Source of the DNA: Candidatus Latescibacterota bacterium
Lineage (GTDB): Bacteria > Latescibacterota > UBA2968
NCBI GenBank assembly: GCA_965207885.1
Contig: OZ242311.1
Coordinates: 3,328,001 to 3,392,000 of the forward strand
Reading direction: 5' to 3'
DNA length: 64,000 nt
The number at the start of each line of letters is the position of its first letter. Position 1 is the first letter of the stretch. The notes beneath the pieces are model-generated. The model was not told the DNA's origin and searched no databases. It saw nothing but the letters and a program-made list of their open reading frames with translations. The position numbers and the translations under genes are program-made. Below, piece by piece: positions 18,322 through 29,000 of the stretch.

Positions 18322-19380
18322 CTACCCGACCTTAACTTCCCGCCCCGTGCGCCCGGATTCAAACACCGCAGTAATAATTTCCACGGCCTGGCGCGCGCTT
18401 TCAAGGCCAATCATAGGCTCGCGGCCTTCATTGATCGCCCCGATAAGATCTTCGATAATCAACGTATGCCCATCTGAACTAACGGCCAGGGGATCTGCTG
18501 AAATATTCTTCTGTTTGTCTTCTTGATCGCCGTAAAAACCCAGCATCTCTGCTTCTTCCGATGCCTCGTTCTCACCCTGAATTTTCCAGGAAATCAACTT
18601 TGAAGCATCTTTCATAATCGACCCATTCTGGCCGTAAATAGTCACCAGTTGCGGAAGCCCTGGATAGCAGCAAGTCGTCGTATAAACCGTGCCAATTGCG
18701 CCATTCTTAAACTTGAACAACGCCACAGTCTGATCTTCTGCTTCGATATCGTGCCCAAAAACGCCAAACATACCCATCACAGACTCGACGCCGCCTGCAA
18801 GCCACTGAATCAAATCGACAGTGTGAACGCCCTGATTCATCAGCGAGCCTCCCCCATCGAGATCCCACGTTCCCTTCCACGATCCATGTGCGCCCTGATA
18901 ATAGCTATCCGCGCGATACCAGGGCAAATGGCCGTGAACGCCGATCAACTTACCCAGCTTGCCGCTATCAACCGCATCTTTAATCCGCCTGTTTAGAGGT
19001 TCCAAACGCGCTTGAAAAATACATCCGACCTTTACCCCGGCATCCTTCACCGCACCAATTAATTGGTCAACGCGCTCAGGCGTAATATCTGCGGGCTTCT
19101 CAACGATCATGTGCTTACCCGCATCTGCAGCCTGAATACCCAACTCGGCGTGCTTTCCAGACTCAACGCAAATATTGACGACCTGGACCTCATCATCCTG
19201 AAGCATCTCTTCATAACTCGTATAAGCTTTGCACCCGTATTCCTCAGCCGTCGGTCCCAAACGCTCCTCATCTAAATCGCACACGGCCACCAACTTCGCA
19301 CCTTCGGCCCGTGTGACAGACCGACAGTGATTCGTGCCCATACCCAGTCCAACAACGCCAAAACCCAGCTCTGCTGCCAT
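18322..19380 (-). CDS. Gfo/Idh/MocA family oxidoreductase
   Basis: GVVGLGMG, VEKP, GGGSLMNQGVHTVD. Confidence 0.92.
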   Translation of the reverse strand: MAAELGFGVVGLGMGTNHCRSVTRAEGAKLVAVCDLDEERLGPTAEEYGCKAYTSYEEMLQDDEVQVVNICVESGKHAELGIQAADAGKHMIVEKPADITPERVDQLIGAVKDAGVKVGCIFQARLEPLNRRIKDAVDSGKLGKLIGVHGHLPWYRADSYYQGAHGSWKGTWDLDGGGSLMNQGVHTVDLIQWLAGGVESVMGMFGVFGHDIEAEDQTVALFKFKNGAIGTVYTTTCCYPGLPQLVTIYGQNGSIMKDASKLISWKIQGENEASEEAEMLGFYGDQEDKQKNISADPLAVSSDGHTLIIEDLIGAINEGREPMIGLESARQAVEIITAVFESGRTGREVKVG

Positions 19381-19554
19381 AACATCCCTCCAATCAAAAA
19401 TGTAAGATCAATCTATCAAAACGCCGCCCAATGTAATGAGACACCCGTCCACGAGCAAGCAAAAATTATTAAGGGAAAGACCTTGACATTTGGCGAGAAC
19501 AGGCTATACATAGTTAAAGAGATAATCTACAAACTATGAACGAGGAATCACACC

Positions 19555-20244
19555 ATGTGCGGTCGATTTGTTTATGCTGCCCAATGCGATGAAAACCAAC
19601 TCGCATTTCCACAGGTTGTTTTTCCCAACGAGATGCCATTGCGATACAATATCGCGCCGGGCCAGAACATCACGGCGATTGCCAATACTGCTGAGCCGCG
19701 GGCAGACACCTTCAAATGGGGACTTATTCCATCGTGGGCAAAAGATCACAAAATTGGCAACCGACTCATCAATGCGCGGGGAGAAACCCTTGCGGAAAAA
19801 CCCTCATTTCGCACGGCCTTTAAAAGACGGAGATGTCTAATTCCCACAACGGGATTTTACGAATGGCAACGCAATCCCGACGGCAGAACCAAAACTCCCA
19901 TGTGTATTGCACTCAAATCCGGCGCACCCTTTGCCTTTGCTGGCCTATGGGAATCGTGGCATTCACCTGAAGGACAACACATCCAATCCTGCACCATAAT
20001 CACAACCGAGCCCAACGACCTGATGGCACCGATTCACAATCGCATGCCCGTTATCCTCCCGGCTGATGTATATGATCTCTGGCTTGATCCAGAAGAAAGA
20101 ACGGACCTCCAGGAACTCCTCATTCCCTATTCTGCACAAGAGATGAACGCACACCCCGTTTCCACCCTTGTCAATAACCCCGGGAATGACACGCCGGACT
20201 GCCTGAAACCCGCGCAACCGCCCGAACAGGGCGCATTGTTTTGA
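19555..20244 (+). CDS. SOS response-associated peptidase (SRAP; YedK/HMCES abasic-site crosslinking protein)
   Basis: MCGRF N-terminus, RYNIAP, WGLIPSW, INARGET, GFYEW, IHNRMPVIL. Confidence 0.95.
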   Translation: MCGRFVYAAQCDENQLAFPQVVFPNEMPLRYNIAPGQNITAIANTAEPRADTFKWGLIPSWAKDHKIGNRLINARGETLAEKPSFRTAFKRRRCLIPTTGFYEWQRNPDGRTKTPMCIALKSGAPFAFAGLWESWHSPEGQHIQSCTIITTEPNDLMAPIHNRMPVILPADVYDLWLDPEERTDLQELLIPYSAQEMNAHPVSTLVNNPGNDTPDCLKPAQPPEQGALF

Positions 20245-20268
20245 TCCCACCCCTTCGGAGCAAACACA

Positions 20269-21027
20269 ATGACCATTGTCGATACACACTGCCACATTGG
20301 ACTTCACAAATACGAACCCGTGGAATCTTTACTCTACCACATGAACACATCCGGCGTTGATCGTGCCGTCTTTATCCAATACGCGGGGAACTCGGATAAC
20401 CAGTACATGATCAATAGCATGGCGGCACATCCGGGAAAATTTCAAGCGGCCATGATTGTTTCCTCCACAGACGATGGCACAGCCATGCGACAATGGACAG
20501 AACACGGTATTGTCGGCATTCGCCTTCCGGCAAATAGTCGCGCCGATTGCGCCGCTCCCCTCGCGCAGTGGCGTACAGCAGCCGAACTCGACCTCGTTGT
20601 CAGTGCGCCGAGCAGTCCCCAGAGCCTTCTAAGCGATGAATTTGCAGAAGTAATCAGAGAATTTCCAACTCTGTCCATTGTGATCGAACACCTTGCGGGC
20701 ATCGGCGAGGGCCAACAACCTCCTTATGATACCTTCAAAAAAATTCTCGAACTCGCCGAACACCCCAATCTGTCCATCAAACTTCCCGGATTCGGCGAAA
20801 TCTGCCCCGTCCCCTTGCCCTTTGATCCCATTCCTCCACTCGCCGACATGGCCATAGAAGCCTTTGGTCCTCAAAGAGTCATGTGGGGAAGCGACTATCC
20901 TCCAGTAAGCAGACGCGAAGGCTATGACAACAGCCTCAATGTCCCAATGGATTATCTGTCTGACCTCAGCGAAGAAGACAGAGAATGGATATTCGGAAAA
21001 ACCGCCCTGAAAATCTGGCGGTTCTAA
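20269..21027 (+). CDS. Amidohydrolase_2 family protein (sugar-lactonase-like)
   Basis: VDTHCH, IEHLA, MWGSDYP. Confidence 0.88.
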   Translation: MTIVDTHCHIGLHKYEPVESLLYHMNTSGVDRAVFIQYAGNSDNQYMINSMAAHPGKFQAAMIVSSTDDGTAMRQWTEHGIVGIRLPANSRADCAAPLAQWRTAAELDLVVSAPSSPQSLLSDEFAEVIREFPTLSIVIEHLAGIGEGQQPPYDTFKKILELAEHPNLSIKLPGFGEICPVPLPFDPIPPLADMAIEAFGPQRVMWGSDYPPVSRREGYDNSLNVPMDYLSDLSEEDREWIFGKTALKIWRF

Positions 21028-21088
21028 TTTCGGTATATGGCAAAGTATGTAAATTGCATCTGAGAGTGAACTTACATATATTTAGACA

Positions 21089-21373
21089 ATGGAATTTGAA
21101 TGGAATTCGTCAAAAAATGTCTCCAATATTGAGAAACACGGAATCAGCTTTTTACGGGCTGCCAGGATTTTTGATGGTCCTATATTGAAATTTATTGATG
21201 ATCGAAAAAATTACGGCGAAACTCGGTATGTGGCAATCGGTATTGTCGAAGGCTTAGAGTACTACGTCGTTTACACCATTCGAGAAAATCGCTATCGAAT
21301 CATTTCTTGCAGAAGGGCAAATCGAGATGAAAGAAAAAAATATCGTGAGATATACCCGGGATCGTCTTCCTGA
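21089..21373 (+). CDS. brnT: BrnT family toxin (type II TA, ribonuclease)
   Basis: MEFEWN..KN..N.EKHGISF, GETRY, RIISCRRAN..ER. Confidence 0.92.
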   Translation: MEFEWNSSKNVSNIEKHGISFLRAARIFDGPILKFIDDRKNYGETRYVAIGIVEGLEYYVVYTIRENRYRIISCRRANRDERKKYREIYPGSSS

Positions 21374-21614
21374 AGATACCGAATCAGACATGGCGCGGGT
21401 TGAATCAATGACCGAAGCGGATATTGAAGAAGCCGCACGCTCTGATCCGGATGCTCAACCGACAGATGACAAATTCCTATCCAGAGCGCAAATCGTGCTC
21501 TCCATCCCTCTGGATCAGGACACTTTTAAGTGGTACCAGAGCCGAGGGAAAAACATCGAAACAACTGTCCAGTCTGTACTCCATGAATACAAAAAGATGC
21601 ATCAAGTTTCTTGA
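21327..21614 (+). CDS. brnA: BrnA family antitoxin
   Basis: Overlaps brnT; D..RV.SMTEADI..A..DPD and a C-terminal RHH-like SIPLDQD..KWY segment. Confidence 0.8.
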   Translation: MKEKNIVRYTRDRLPEDTESDMARVESMTEADIEEAARSDPDAQPTDDKFLSRAQIVLSIPLDQDTFKWYQSRGKNIETTVQSVLHEYKKMHQVS

Positions 21615-21644
21615 TCTGCAATTAAGGCACAGCTACGAAAAAAC

Positions 21645-21677
21645 AAAAGCGTCAGCTACTTGAGTCGACGCTTTTTT
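21645..21677. terminator. Intrinsic terminator between convergent brnA and the island genes
   Basis: aaaagcgtc...gacgctttttt stem with T/A tracts. Confidence 0.65.
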
Positions 21678-21704
21678 CGTTTTGCAACACGTTGTCTAAC
21701 AATT

Positions 21705-22355
21705 TTAATGTTTTCCTTCGGATAAACGCCGTTTTCTCGTTCTTTCTTCCAATCTATTGAACCAGTCCAAGCCTCTGATTCCACACTGATCTCGTATTAA
21801 CTCCTTCAATTCTCTTGTTCGATTGTTTAATCTTTGAACCTCTTGTAAAAATGACGCCTTTTGAGCCTTTACTTTATCTCTCCCGTCAAAAGCGCTTTCC
21901 CGCAGTTCACGAATCTCTTTTAGCTGCAATTCAATGTCACGTATTAACGTTTTGTTCTTTTTCTCCCTCGTTTTTTTAAAAAATATAAACCCTTTGTCCT
22001 TTATTTTTTTCGCTTCTTTTAGTCTTTCTCGAAACAATGTTCTCTGGTCTTTTGCTTCTTTTAACATTTTGTTCAGACCATTTTCAGTGTTACGGGCATC
22101 ATCCAAGAGTTTGTATGCAGCATCCGCTGTTTTCATAGAGGCATAATGTTCATCGACTAAAATCTGGAAATTATAACTATATTGTGCTTGAGCAAGATGG
22201 GCTTCGATATTTCTTCGATGCTCCTCAACGCTACGTTCAACATCCCATAGCATTTCCTCCCAACGTTGACTGGCCTCGCGTTCTTCATCCGAGACAGCCT
22301 TATAGATAAGTGCTACAATTCCACCTACTACTGCAACAGGAATCAACAACCCCAT
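21705..22355 (-). CDS. Hypothetical protein: N-terminal membrane anchor plus long coiled coil
   Basis: Start reassigned to MGLLIPVAVVGGIVALIYKAV (GGAGG RBS, 4 nt after the upstream stop). The remainder is E/K/R/L-rich and helical; AT-rich DNA. Confidence 0.75.
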   Translation of the reverse strand: MGLLIPVAVVGGIVALIYKAVSDEEREASQRWEEMLWDVERSVEEHRRNIEAHLAQAQYSYNFQILVDEHYASMKTADAAYKLLDDARNTENGLNKMLKEAKDQRTLFRERLKEAKKIKDKGFIFFKKTREKKNKTLIRDIELQLKEIRELRESAFDGRDKVKAQKASFLQEVQRLNNRTRELKELIRDQCGIRGLDWFNRLEERTRKRRLSEGKH

Positions 22356-22359
22356 AATC

Positions 22360-22914
22360 CTAACCCTCCAATAGTTTGGGAGAAATTTCAACAGGAGGCA
22401 AAGCTTGAACAAGTTGTTTGAGAGATTCGTTGGCCTTATCTCCAAAAAGGGGTAACTGTTTTATTAATTGGATTGCGAAATCTTTAGCATTTTGACGTTC
22501 TTCAAGAGATAGACCTTTCTTAAAGGATTGCTCTTGAGCAATTTGCGCCATCTCCAAAACCCTCACTCTTTCTATGTGAAGCCTTTGTAATTCTGCATTT
22601 ACTGTTTCATAGAAGCCAACAAGCGCGATTCTTCTTTGAGTAAGTTCTTCCATTTTCAGTTTAAACGAATTATCAATCACATGGTGTGCAATGTCCGCTT
22701 GTTCCTTTATTCTGGTCAGCTCAACCTCAAGGCGCTTTGTTTCAATTTTATACGCCAGAGTTTTGGCGTATGACTCAGCTATAGCACCAAGAGGATTAAA
22801 TGCTTTTAGAATGGGTATCCACTTGCCTCCTGTTGAATTGTGAAATTCTCGTGCTGGCTCAACTTTATCAATTTTCCCAACAGAAGCATTACTCGTTTTT
22901 TGAGCTCTATTCAT
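22360..22914 (-). CDS. Hypothetical all-helical/coiled-coil protein
   Basis: Start MNRAQK after an AAGGAG RBS; amphipathic WIPILKAFNPLGAIA followed by a heptad-rich region; AT-rich DNA. Confidence 0.75.
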   Translation of the reverse strand: MNRAQKTSNASVGKIDKVEPAREFHNSTGGKWIPILKAFNPLGAIAESYAKTLAYKIETKRLEVELTRIKEQADIAHHVIDNSFKLKMEELTQRRIALVGFYETVNAELQRLHIERVRVLEMAQIAQEQSFKKGLSLEERQNAKDFAIQLIKQLPLFGDKANESLKQLVQALPPVEISPKLLEG

Positions 22915-22961
22915 TTTATTCTCCTTACCATTTGTTATACCGTACTTTGGAATCAAGAGAC

Positions 22962-23663
22962 TCACTGGAAATCACTAAAATCTATACGAAACAGGTAATC
23001 TTCCATCTCTTTGTTCCAATCATCTGCAACAAACGCCTTGATTTGGATTAACCGGATTGAAAAGCCACAATACTCGTTTAAGTATCGAACAGCTTTCTGG
23101 AGTTGAGGTTTAAAACACTCGTCCATGATTATTCCGGTTTTCGGCAAGATACGAACAGACCGATCTTTGATATGATTTTTCTTGATAAACTCATCAAATG
23201 TGTCACCATGAATGTCTCTGGCAGTCGCATCCAAGACCGTATTCAAAAATTTTTTGCGGTAACATCGAATCCAGTCGAGATTGATGTCTTGAAAGTGCAA
23301 ATCAGCGATGTACCGGATTAATTGACCGTGAGTATCAAGTGCTGTTCCACCGATTTTGAGTTCACAGGGTAGTAACCCACCATCGTTGCGAATATAGAGG
23401 ATGTCAACTCGTTGTGCTTCATCACCCAACTTGAATTCAGTTCCTACCAACTTATAGCCCTTTATAGGGAAATCTGACCAGACGTTGCCTTGGCGAAGAA
23501 GGTGTTTAAGTTCATATTCTCCCCATCCAAGGTCAGCTTTAAGTCCGATACCGCGTTTCATGCGGGCATAGTTCGACCAGTGTTTATCGCTTAACGGTGG
23601 TATAATCCCGACCATGACAGGCAAGGGCTGATTTGTACCTTTGGCGCAGTAGAGCGACTTCAT
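22962..23663 (-). CDS. PD-(D/E)xK nuclease, NucS/EndoMS C-terminal-like
   Basis: E..LK..L, TEFKL...RVDIL...PCELK...GQLIRY (E..D..ExK..QxxxY). Start uncertain (23663 or 23720). Confidence 0.75.
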   Translation of the reverse strand: MKSLYCAKGTNQPLPVMVGIIPPLSDKHWSNYARMKRGIGLKADLGWGEYELKHLLRQGNVWSDFPIKGYKLVGTEFKLGDEAQRVDILYIRNDGGLLPCELKIGGTALDTHGQLIRYIADLHFQDINLDWIRCYRKKFLNTVLDATARDIHGDTFDEFIKKNHIKDRSVRILPKTGIIMDECFKPQLQKAVRYLNEYCGFSIRLIQIKAFVADDWNKEMEDYLFRIDFSDFQ

Positions 23664-23764
23664 AATGCCTGACTTCTTTGTGTAAAAAGCACCGCATTGT
23701 CCGGGCAATTGTCCATTCAAATAGCGGTGCTTTTATTTTTTGTATCTAAACTGATTTTCTGATT

Positions 23765-24208
23765 TTACTCTTCATACTCGGGAAATGCGGGAGCCAGCAA
23801 AAAGGCACAATCTTCGTGACATTTACCGCAATAAGGTACCATAGCGCGGAACTGCTTATTCGCCTCTTTGACATTTCCCGCCTTGGCAGCCGACGCAATC
23901 CCCAAAGCATGTGTTTGAGAATCCTTATTGTAAATCGTGAACTTTTCTTCGTGTTCTGGCGGATAGAGATCGATCACCGCTTGCAATGCATCCTGAATCT
24001 TCTCGGCATCGTCGGCAACCCCATCAACTGTCTCGTTTTTCAGCGCGACCATAATCCGGTCTGTACTCAGCTTAATCTCGCGCATTTTCGCACGTCTTAC
24101 TGGCAGATTATTGTCCGACTGTTCGTTGCCCCCACCACAGCCAGCGATACCAGCCATCACAACACCCAGAATTACCGAACCCAGAGCCATAAACCTCAAA
24201 TAACGCAT
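23765..24208 (-). CDS. Lipoprotein c-type cytochrome, cytochrome c'-like
   Basis: Lipobox IAGC; helical body RRAKMR...; single CxxCH (CGKCH) near the C-terminus, as in class II cytochromes. Confidence 0.7.
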   Translation of the reverse strand: MRYLRFMALGSVILGVVMAGIAGCGGGNEQSDNNLPVRRAKMREIKLSTDRIMVALKNETVDGVADDAEKIQDALQAVIDLYPPEHEEKFTIYNKDSQTHALGIASAAKAGNVKEANKQFRAMVPYCGKCHEDCAFLLAPAFPEYEE

Positions 24209-24275
24209 TGATTCCTCCTCATTTCATTCTCGTTTTACAGTGCGAATATGATAATAAACTTTTCCGAACACAAAA

Positions 24276-25283
24276 TCAAGTTTTTCCAGAGGGGTTATCT
24301 CGGCCTCCCAAAACTTTTCTCAAGCCCTCCTGAACCCGGCGATTTTGATTGTGCTGACGCACCCCCGCCTGAATCATAAACCGCGAAAGTCGGTCCTTCT
24401 TGGCCCTCATCCAGCGGTTCAACGGTGGATAGGCATACATCAGAAAACCAGAAAGACAAATCGTCAACGTAACATAGGCGACAATATCAGTATAAATATA
24501 CGCGTTGCTAGCACCCGCAAAAATAACCCCCGAATGCAACTCCAGCATGATTTTCCGGAAATCAGCAGATCGCACCATCACCAGAGAGGTAATAGACATC
24601 ACCGCCAACAAAATCATGCCGATCAACCCGGCCCAATAGTGTATCTTGCGATTGTACTTAAACACGGTATTGATAACCGTGCGGTCCTCCACCAGATGCT
24701 CAAATCCCGACAAACGCTCCATCTGCGCTTCGAGCAACTCATTGCGGTGGGCCATCTCCTCGCGCCGCAACATCATATCGACCAACCCACCGATTTGCGC
24801 GGCCACCTCGTGCAAAAAATCCTCATCATCTTTTGTAAAATACCCCGGATCGCCTTTCTTGTTCAGGAGTTCCAGCACACCTATCACCTCCCTGCGTCTG
24901 TTGTGCAGCGGAAAAGCCAGCATAGTATGCGTTTCATACCCAAGCTCATTGGAAAACAAGGGGTCTTTAGAGGTGTCTAAAACATTTCGTACATCGCCGC
25001 TATTAAACACATGCCCTGCGATACCTCTATTGCTCGGGATTCTCACCTGCGTGTCTTTTTCGACACCCGCACCAACATGCGTATATAGCTCATCCGTCAG
25101 GCGGTTGTGAAAAAAAATCGAACACTGTTCCGCCTCCAAATACGTGGAGATTTCATGTGCAATACCACTGATTAACCGCCCCTGGTTTGACGTCGCATTC
25201 ATCAACCGACTAATTGCCAACAGCGACTCCAAACGCTCCACGCGATCAGTGAGGTCTTGAGAAAGTTCGCTATCTTGTGCCAT
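24276..25283 (-). CDS. GAF domain protein fused to a minimal PepSY-associated TM module
   Basis: Start MAQDSE (GAGG RBS). GAF: CSIF, GIAGHV, F...GYET..ML..PL, IGVL.LLNK, FT..DE. Then a coiled coil and RKIHYWAGL...SIT / LELHSG...D...LSGF.MY TM segments. Confidence 0.75.
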   Translation of the reverse strand: MAQDSELSQDLTDRVERLESLLAISRLMNATSNQGRLISGIAHEISTYLEAEQCSIFFHNRLTDELYTHVGAGVEKDTQVRIPSNRGIAGHVFNSGDVRNVLDTSKDPLFSNELGYETHTMLAFPLHNRRREVIGVLELLNKKGDPGYFTKDDEDFLHEVAAQIGGLVDMMLRREEMAHRNELLEAQMERLSGFEHLVEDRTVINTVFKYNRKIHYWAGLIGMILLAVMSITSLVMVRSADFRKIMLELHSGVIFAGASNAYIYTDIVAYVTLTICLSGFLMYAYPPLNRWMRAKKDRLSRFMIQAGVRQHNQNRRVQEGLRKVLGGRDNPSGKT

Positions 25284-25389
25284 ATACCAACCTCGAATAT
25301 AAACTATATCCGATTGATACCAACGTTCAATGTTTCCAATATACAAAACTATTTGACGAAATACAAACTCCCTCCTCGTCTTTTAGCTC

Positions 25390-26034
25390 TCACCTCACCA
25401 ATTCCGCTGTACCCCACAAACTCGGATCATAAGACACGGGCAAAATCTCTTCTGCTGTCCAAACTTGTCGTCCCAGATTTTTGTCGCGCAGCAAATAAGT
25501 AAAACCGATCCGATTATTCTCATCGGGATCAAACCCGGTCATTGCAGTAGCGGGAATATGAGCTTCCAGACGATACCCCGTTTTGAGCACCTTTGAAGCC
25601 ACCTTTAGACGCTCGGGATCGCACAATCTCGGATGTGCTCTCGCCCGTCGCAGACGAAACTGCCTTCCCCCGGCTCGCCCCTTGCCCTTGCCCGGCCAAA
25701 AACAAAAATGATGACAGTAACGGCTTCCCCGAGGCGCATTACGCACATCGCGCGTATCAATCCACACCTGAAGTCCATCACCGCGCAATGGACTGCGAAC
25801 ATTGGGCGCACGCCCACCTCCACCTTTCACATCAACTGCGAAAAATAATCCGGTATCGTGCCAGGCCATATACACATCGGCAAAGGGATTTTTTCCCTCA
25901 ATCTCGGTCAAATCCGGTACCCAATAAGTCGCCTCCCAGTCATTGAGCACGCCATCAATCACCGGGACATCTGCGCGAAACACACAGGGAAAAGCCACCT
26001 GAAAAAACGCACGTTTGGGAATACCAATATTCAT
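25390..26034 (-). CDS. CBM9/DOMON-like domain protein
   Basis: PVIDGVLNDW, ADVYMAW...GLFFAVDV, GDGLQVWIDT, GYRLEAHIP, PSLWG. Start moved to MNIGIP, 4 nt after the S8 stop. Confidence 0.65.
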   Translation of the reverse strand: MNIGIPKRAFFQVAFPCVFRADVPVIDGVLNDWEATYWVPDLTEIEGKNPFADVYMAWHDTGLFFAVDVKGGGGRAPNVRSPLRGDGLQVWIDTRDVRNAPRGSRYCHHFCFWPGKGKGRAGGRQFRLRRARAHPRLCDPERLKVASKVLKTGYRLEAHIPATAMTGFDPDENNRIGFTYLLRDKNLGRQVWTAEEILPVSYDPSLWGTAELVR

Positions 26035-26038
26035 AACC

Positions 26039-29000
26039 TTAGCCCCCAGCCCCAACCTTGCGACCAAAAAGATTGGCAAAGATAAGAAAGTCGGGGAAAT
26101 TGACGATACCATCGCCGTCAAAATCAAATGTGGAATCAGAAGTTTGAAATGCACGGACAAAAGATAGGAAATCTGCGAAATCGACAACGCCACTACCATC
26201 GACATCGGCCCGCGCGAGAAGGCTCGGATCAACAATATCTGCAATCCTCGTCAGTCCAAGAGGCGTGCCACTTACATCAGAAATATTGAGAATAGTCAGC
26301 GTATATCGAGCGGGAAACGGCACGGCAAAAGACAGAACTGCCCGAGTATTTTGCCGGTCGAGAATCACTGATGTGGGTTGCCCAACACCGCCGAGCAGAT
26401 AACTCGACGGCAGTGCCGCATCTGATCCCATCTCTTCCGAAAAGAAAATTTGAATCTGGTTTTCCGACAGTGTTTCAACGCGCACGACTTCTGGCGCACG
26501 GTTCGGCGTGAGAGATACAATACCCGAGCGAAGGTTCTGATCAGCAGCGACAATCTGGTAGCGATAGGTCTGGCCTTCGGTCAGCAAGGAATCAATATAT
26601 ACCGTGTGATCGCTGATCTCATCAAAATAATCGAGCGCGCCATTGCCGACAGCGCGATAAATCTGGTAAGAAGACGCATCTGGCACTTGCATCCAGTCTA
26701 TTTCAACGCGGGTTGGCCCCAGAGGCCGCGCGCGTATAATCTGAGGCGACCCCACCTCAACTGGCGGTTCATCGCGTTCAACAATATGTACTGCGCCATC
26801 AAAATTAAAAAGCAATTCATAGCGAAAATCTTTGTCCAGATCCGCAATGAGTGCGCGGCGCATCAAACCCACTGGCGTATGCCATATCGGGCGATAGTGA
26901 TCGGGTTTTTCAGCGCGAAAAGCATAGAGGTCGGGGCGCAGACATACTATCAGATCGGCAAGGCCATCCCCATCGACATCCCCTGCTGAAATCCCATTGC
27001 CCGTGGTCGCCACCCCGTGGATTCGCGTCGTCCATTCACGCGCATAAGTATCGGGCGCACGCATGCTGTAAATTTCCAGCTCCCAGAAACCATTGGAAGC
27101 CTCATACGCATCTGTGTATGCGCGAGCAACTGCAAACTCGACCGATCCATCGCCATCCAAATCCATACCCCCGCCAATCCATCGCGCATCCCCATCGCCC
27201 GGCAAGTACCATGTCTGCACGTATCTTCCCGCGCGATATTCGTACATCCAAAGATCGCCATCGGCATCACCAGCGAGAATTTCCTGCTGTTCATCTCGAT
27301 CAAAGTCCGCAACCACAAAGCGCGGACCGGGATCTCCACCACCTTCCGAGGGATCAACGAGAAATGTCTCCTCGCGGATCACACTGCCGAGATTGCGAAT
27401 CACGCGGATACCGCGCTGATCGCCTGCGCGAGCGATAATATCGGGAATGCTATCGCCATCCACATCGGCAAAATCGCCGCCCCATGTGCCGCGCTGTTCG
27501 AATTCCACCTGCGCGGGATAGGGATTGGAGAAACTATCTGTAAAAAGCACGAGACGCTCATAAGTCACGCCCAATAAATCATCGGTCCCATCATTTGTAA
27601 TATCGCCAATTGCCCAGGGTAAAAAACGCTCATCGCTTTGAAATTCATCGATAAATGTACCATCCGCCTGGCGTTCGTAAATATGCACTGACCCATAAGA
27701 ACCGCCTCCAACATAGGGCATAAGCGCGATTTCCAGCCTGCCATCGCGGTCGAAATCCGACGCGCGGTCGGGCAAAAAACCATCGGGCAATGTGCCCCTT
27801 TCCACAAAGCCATTTTGTGGGACGCGAAATGGAACATAATCAATTGTCTGCGCCGGATGCACCGCGCGGATATTATTTTCCCCATCGGCTAAAACGTGAA
27901 ATGTAACGACACCTGATGGCAATGTGTGGGGCAGAACAACGCGGTGTTTGTTTTGCACCAGGCCGGTGTACAGAGTATCAAAATTCGTGCCATAGCGATA
28001 AGCAATACCCCCGTGTGCGCGCTGATCGGTTCGCCAGCGACATTCAAAAACGCGGCGGTCGTCCTCCAATACATCGCCACACACAAGTGCATTGATAGAG
28101 GGTGCTATTTTTTCAATGGCAACGCGAACGCGGTCCTCTACGACCACACCATCCGACAAATCTGCCTCGAGTCTCAAAACCACGTCAGAATCTGCAAAAG
28201 CAGAAACATCCCACGTCTGACGAATGTCCTGAGGGGGCAAACCCTCTGCGAGACGTGTCCATGTTTGTGGATCGCGTCCCATACCATAAGACAGTCGATA
28301 ACCCGTGACCTGCGCGCCCGAAACAGAAGCGCGAATATCAAACGCAGTATCTTCTCCCTCGTCATTGGCGGGAGATCGAATCGCAACCGTCAGCGAATCG
28401 AAAGTACTCAGGCGGTCTGCGAGTTGCGCGCCACTCACACGCCCTGCGCCGTAGTCATTATCGTGCCCCGGCGGCCCCAGGTCAATCGCAGATGCGATGA
28501 GCAAATTGCGTACAGAGTGAGGCGAAAGATCGGGCCGACGCGAGAGAATCAGCGCGGCCAAACCGGATATGTGAGGCGCGGAAAAAGAAGTGCCAGAACC
28601 AGACGCATAGCGATTATCGAGACGTGTGCTGAGAATACTGACACCCGGCGCAACCAGATCGAGCGACGCGCCCGTGCTGCTAAAGCCCGCCAGGCGATCG
28701 GCGTGATTTACCGCACCTACGGCAATCGTATAGTGATTGCCCGCGGGATATCCCAACTCATCTCCCGAGTTGCCCGCAGAGGTGACGAGCACAACGCCTT
28801 GAGCGTGTGCATATTGGATTACATCGCCCAAAATAAAAGTGCGCTCGGGTCCACCCAAACTCATATTAACGACATGCGCGCCATTTTCCGCGGCATAGAG
28901 AATAGCCGCAGCAATATCGTCTTCTTCGAGAAAGCCAATACCTCCAAGCCGTCTCAACCCCGCTCGCAATGCCATAATCTGTGCATTGGGTGCAACACCG

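Noticed and set aside
19483-19515. LexA box upstream of the SRAP gene
   Set aside because: A TTGACA is present, but I found no convincing CTGT-N8-ACAG or GAAC-N4-GTTC palindrome.
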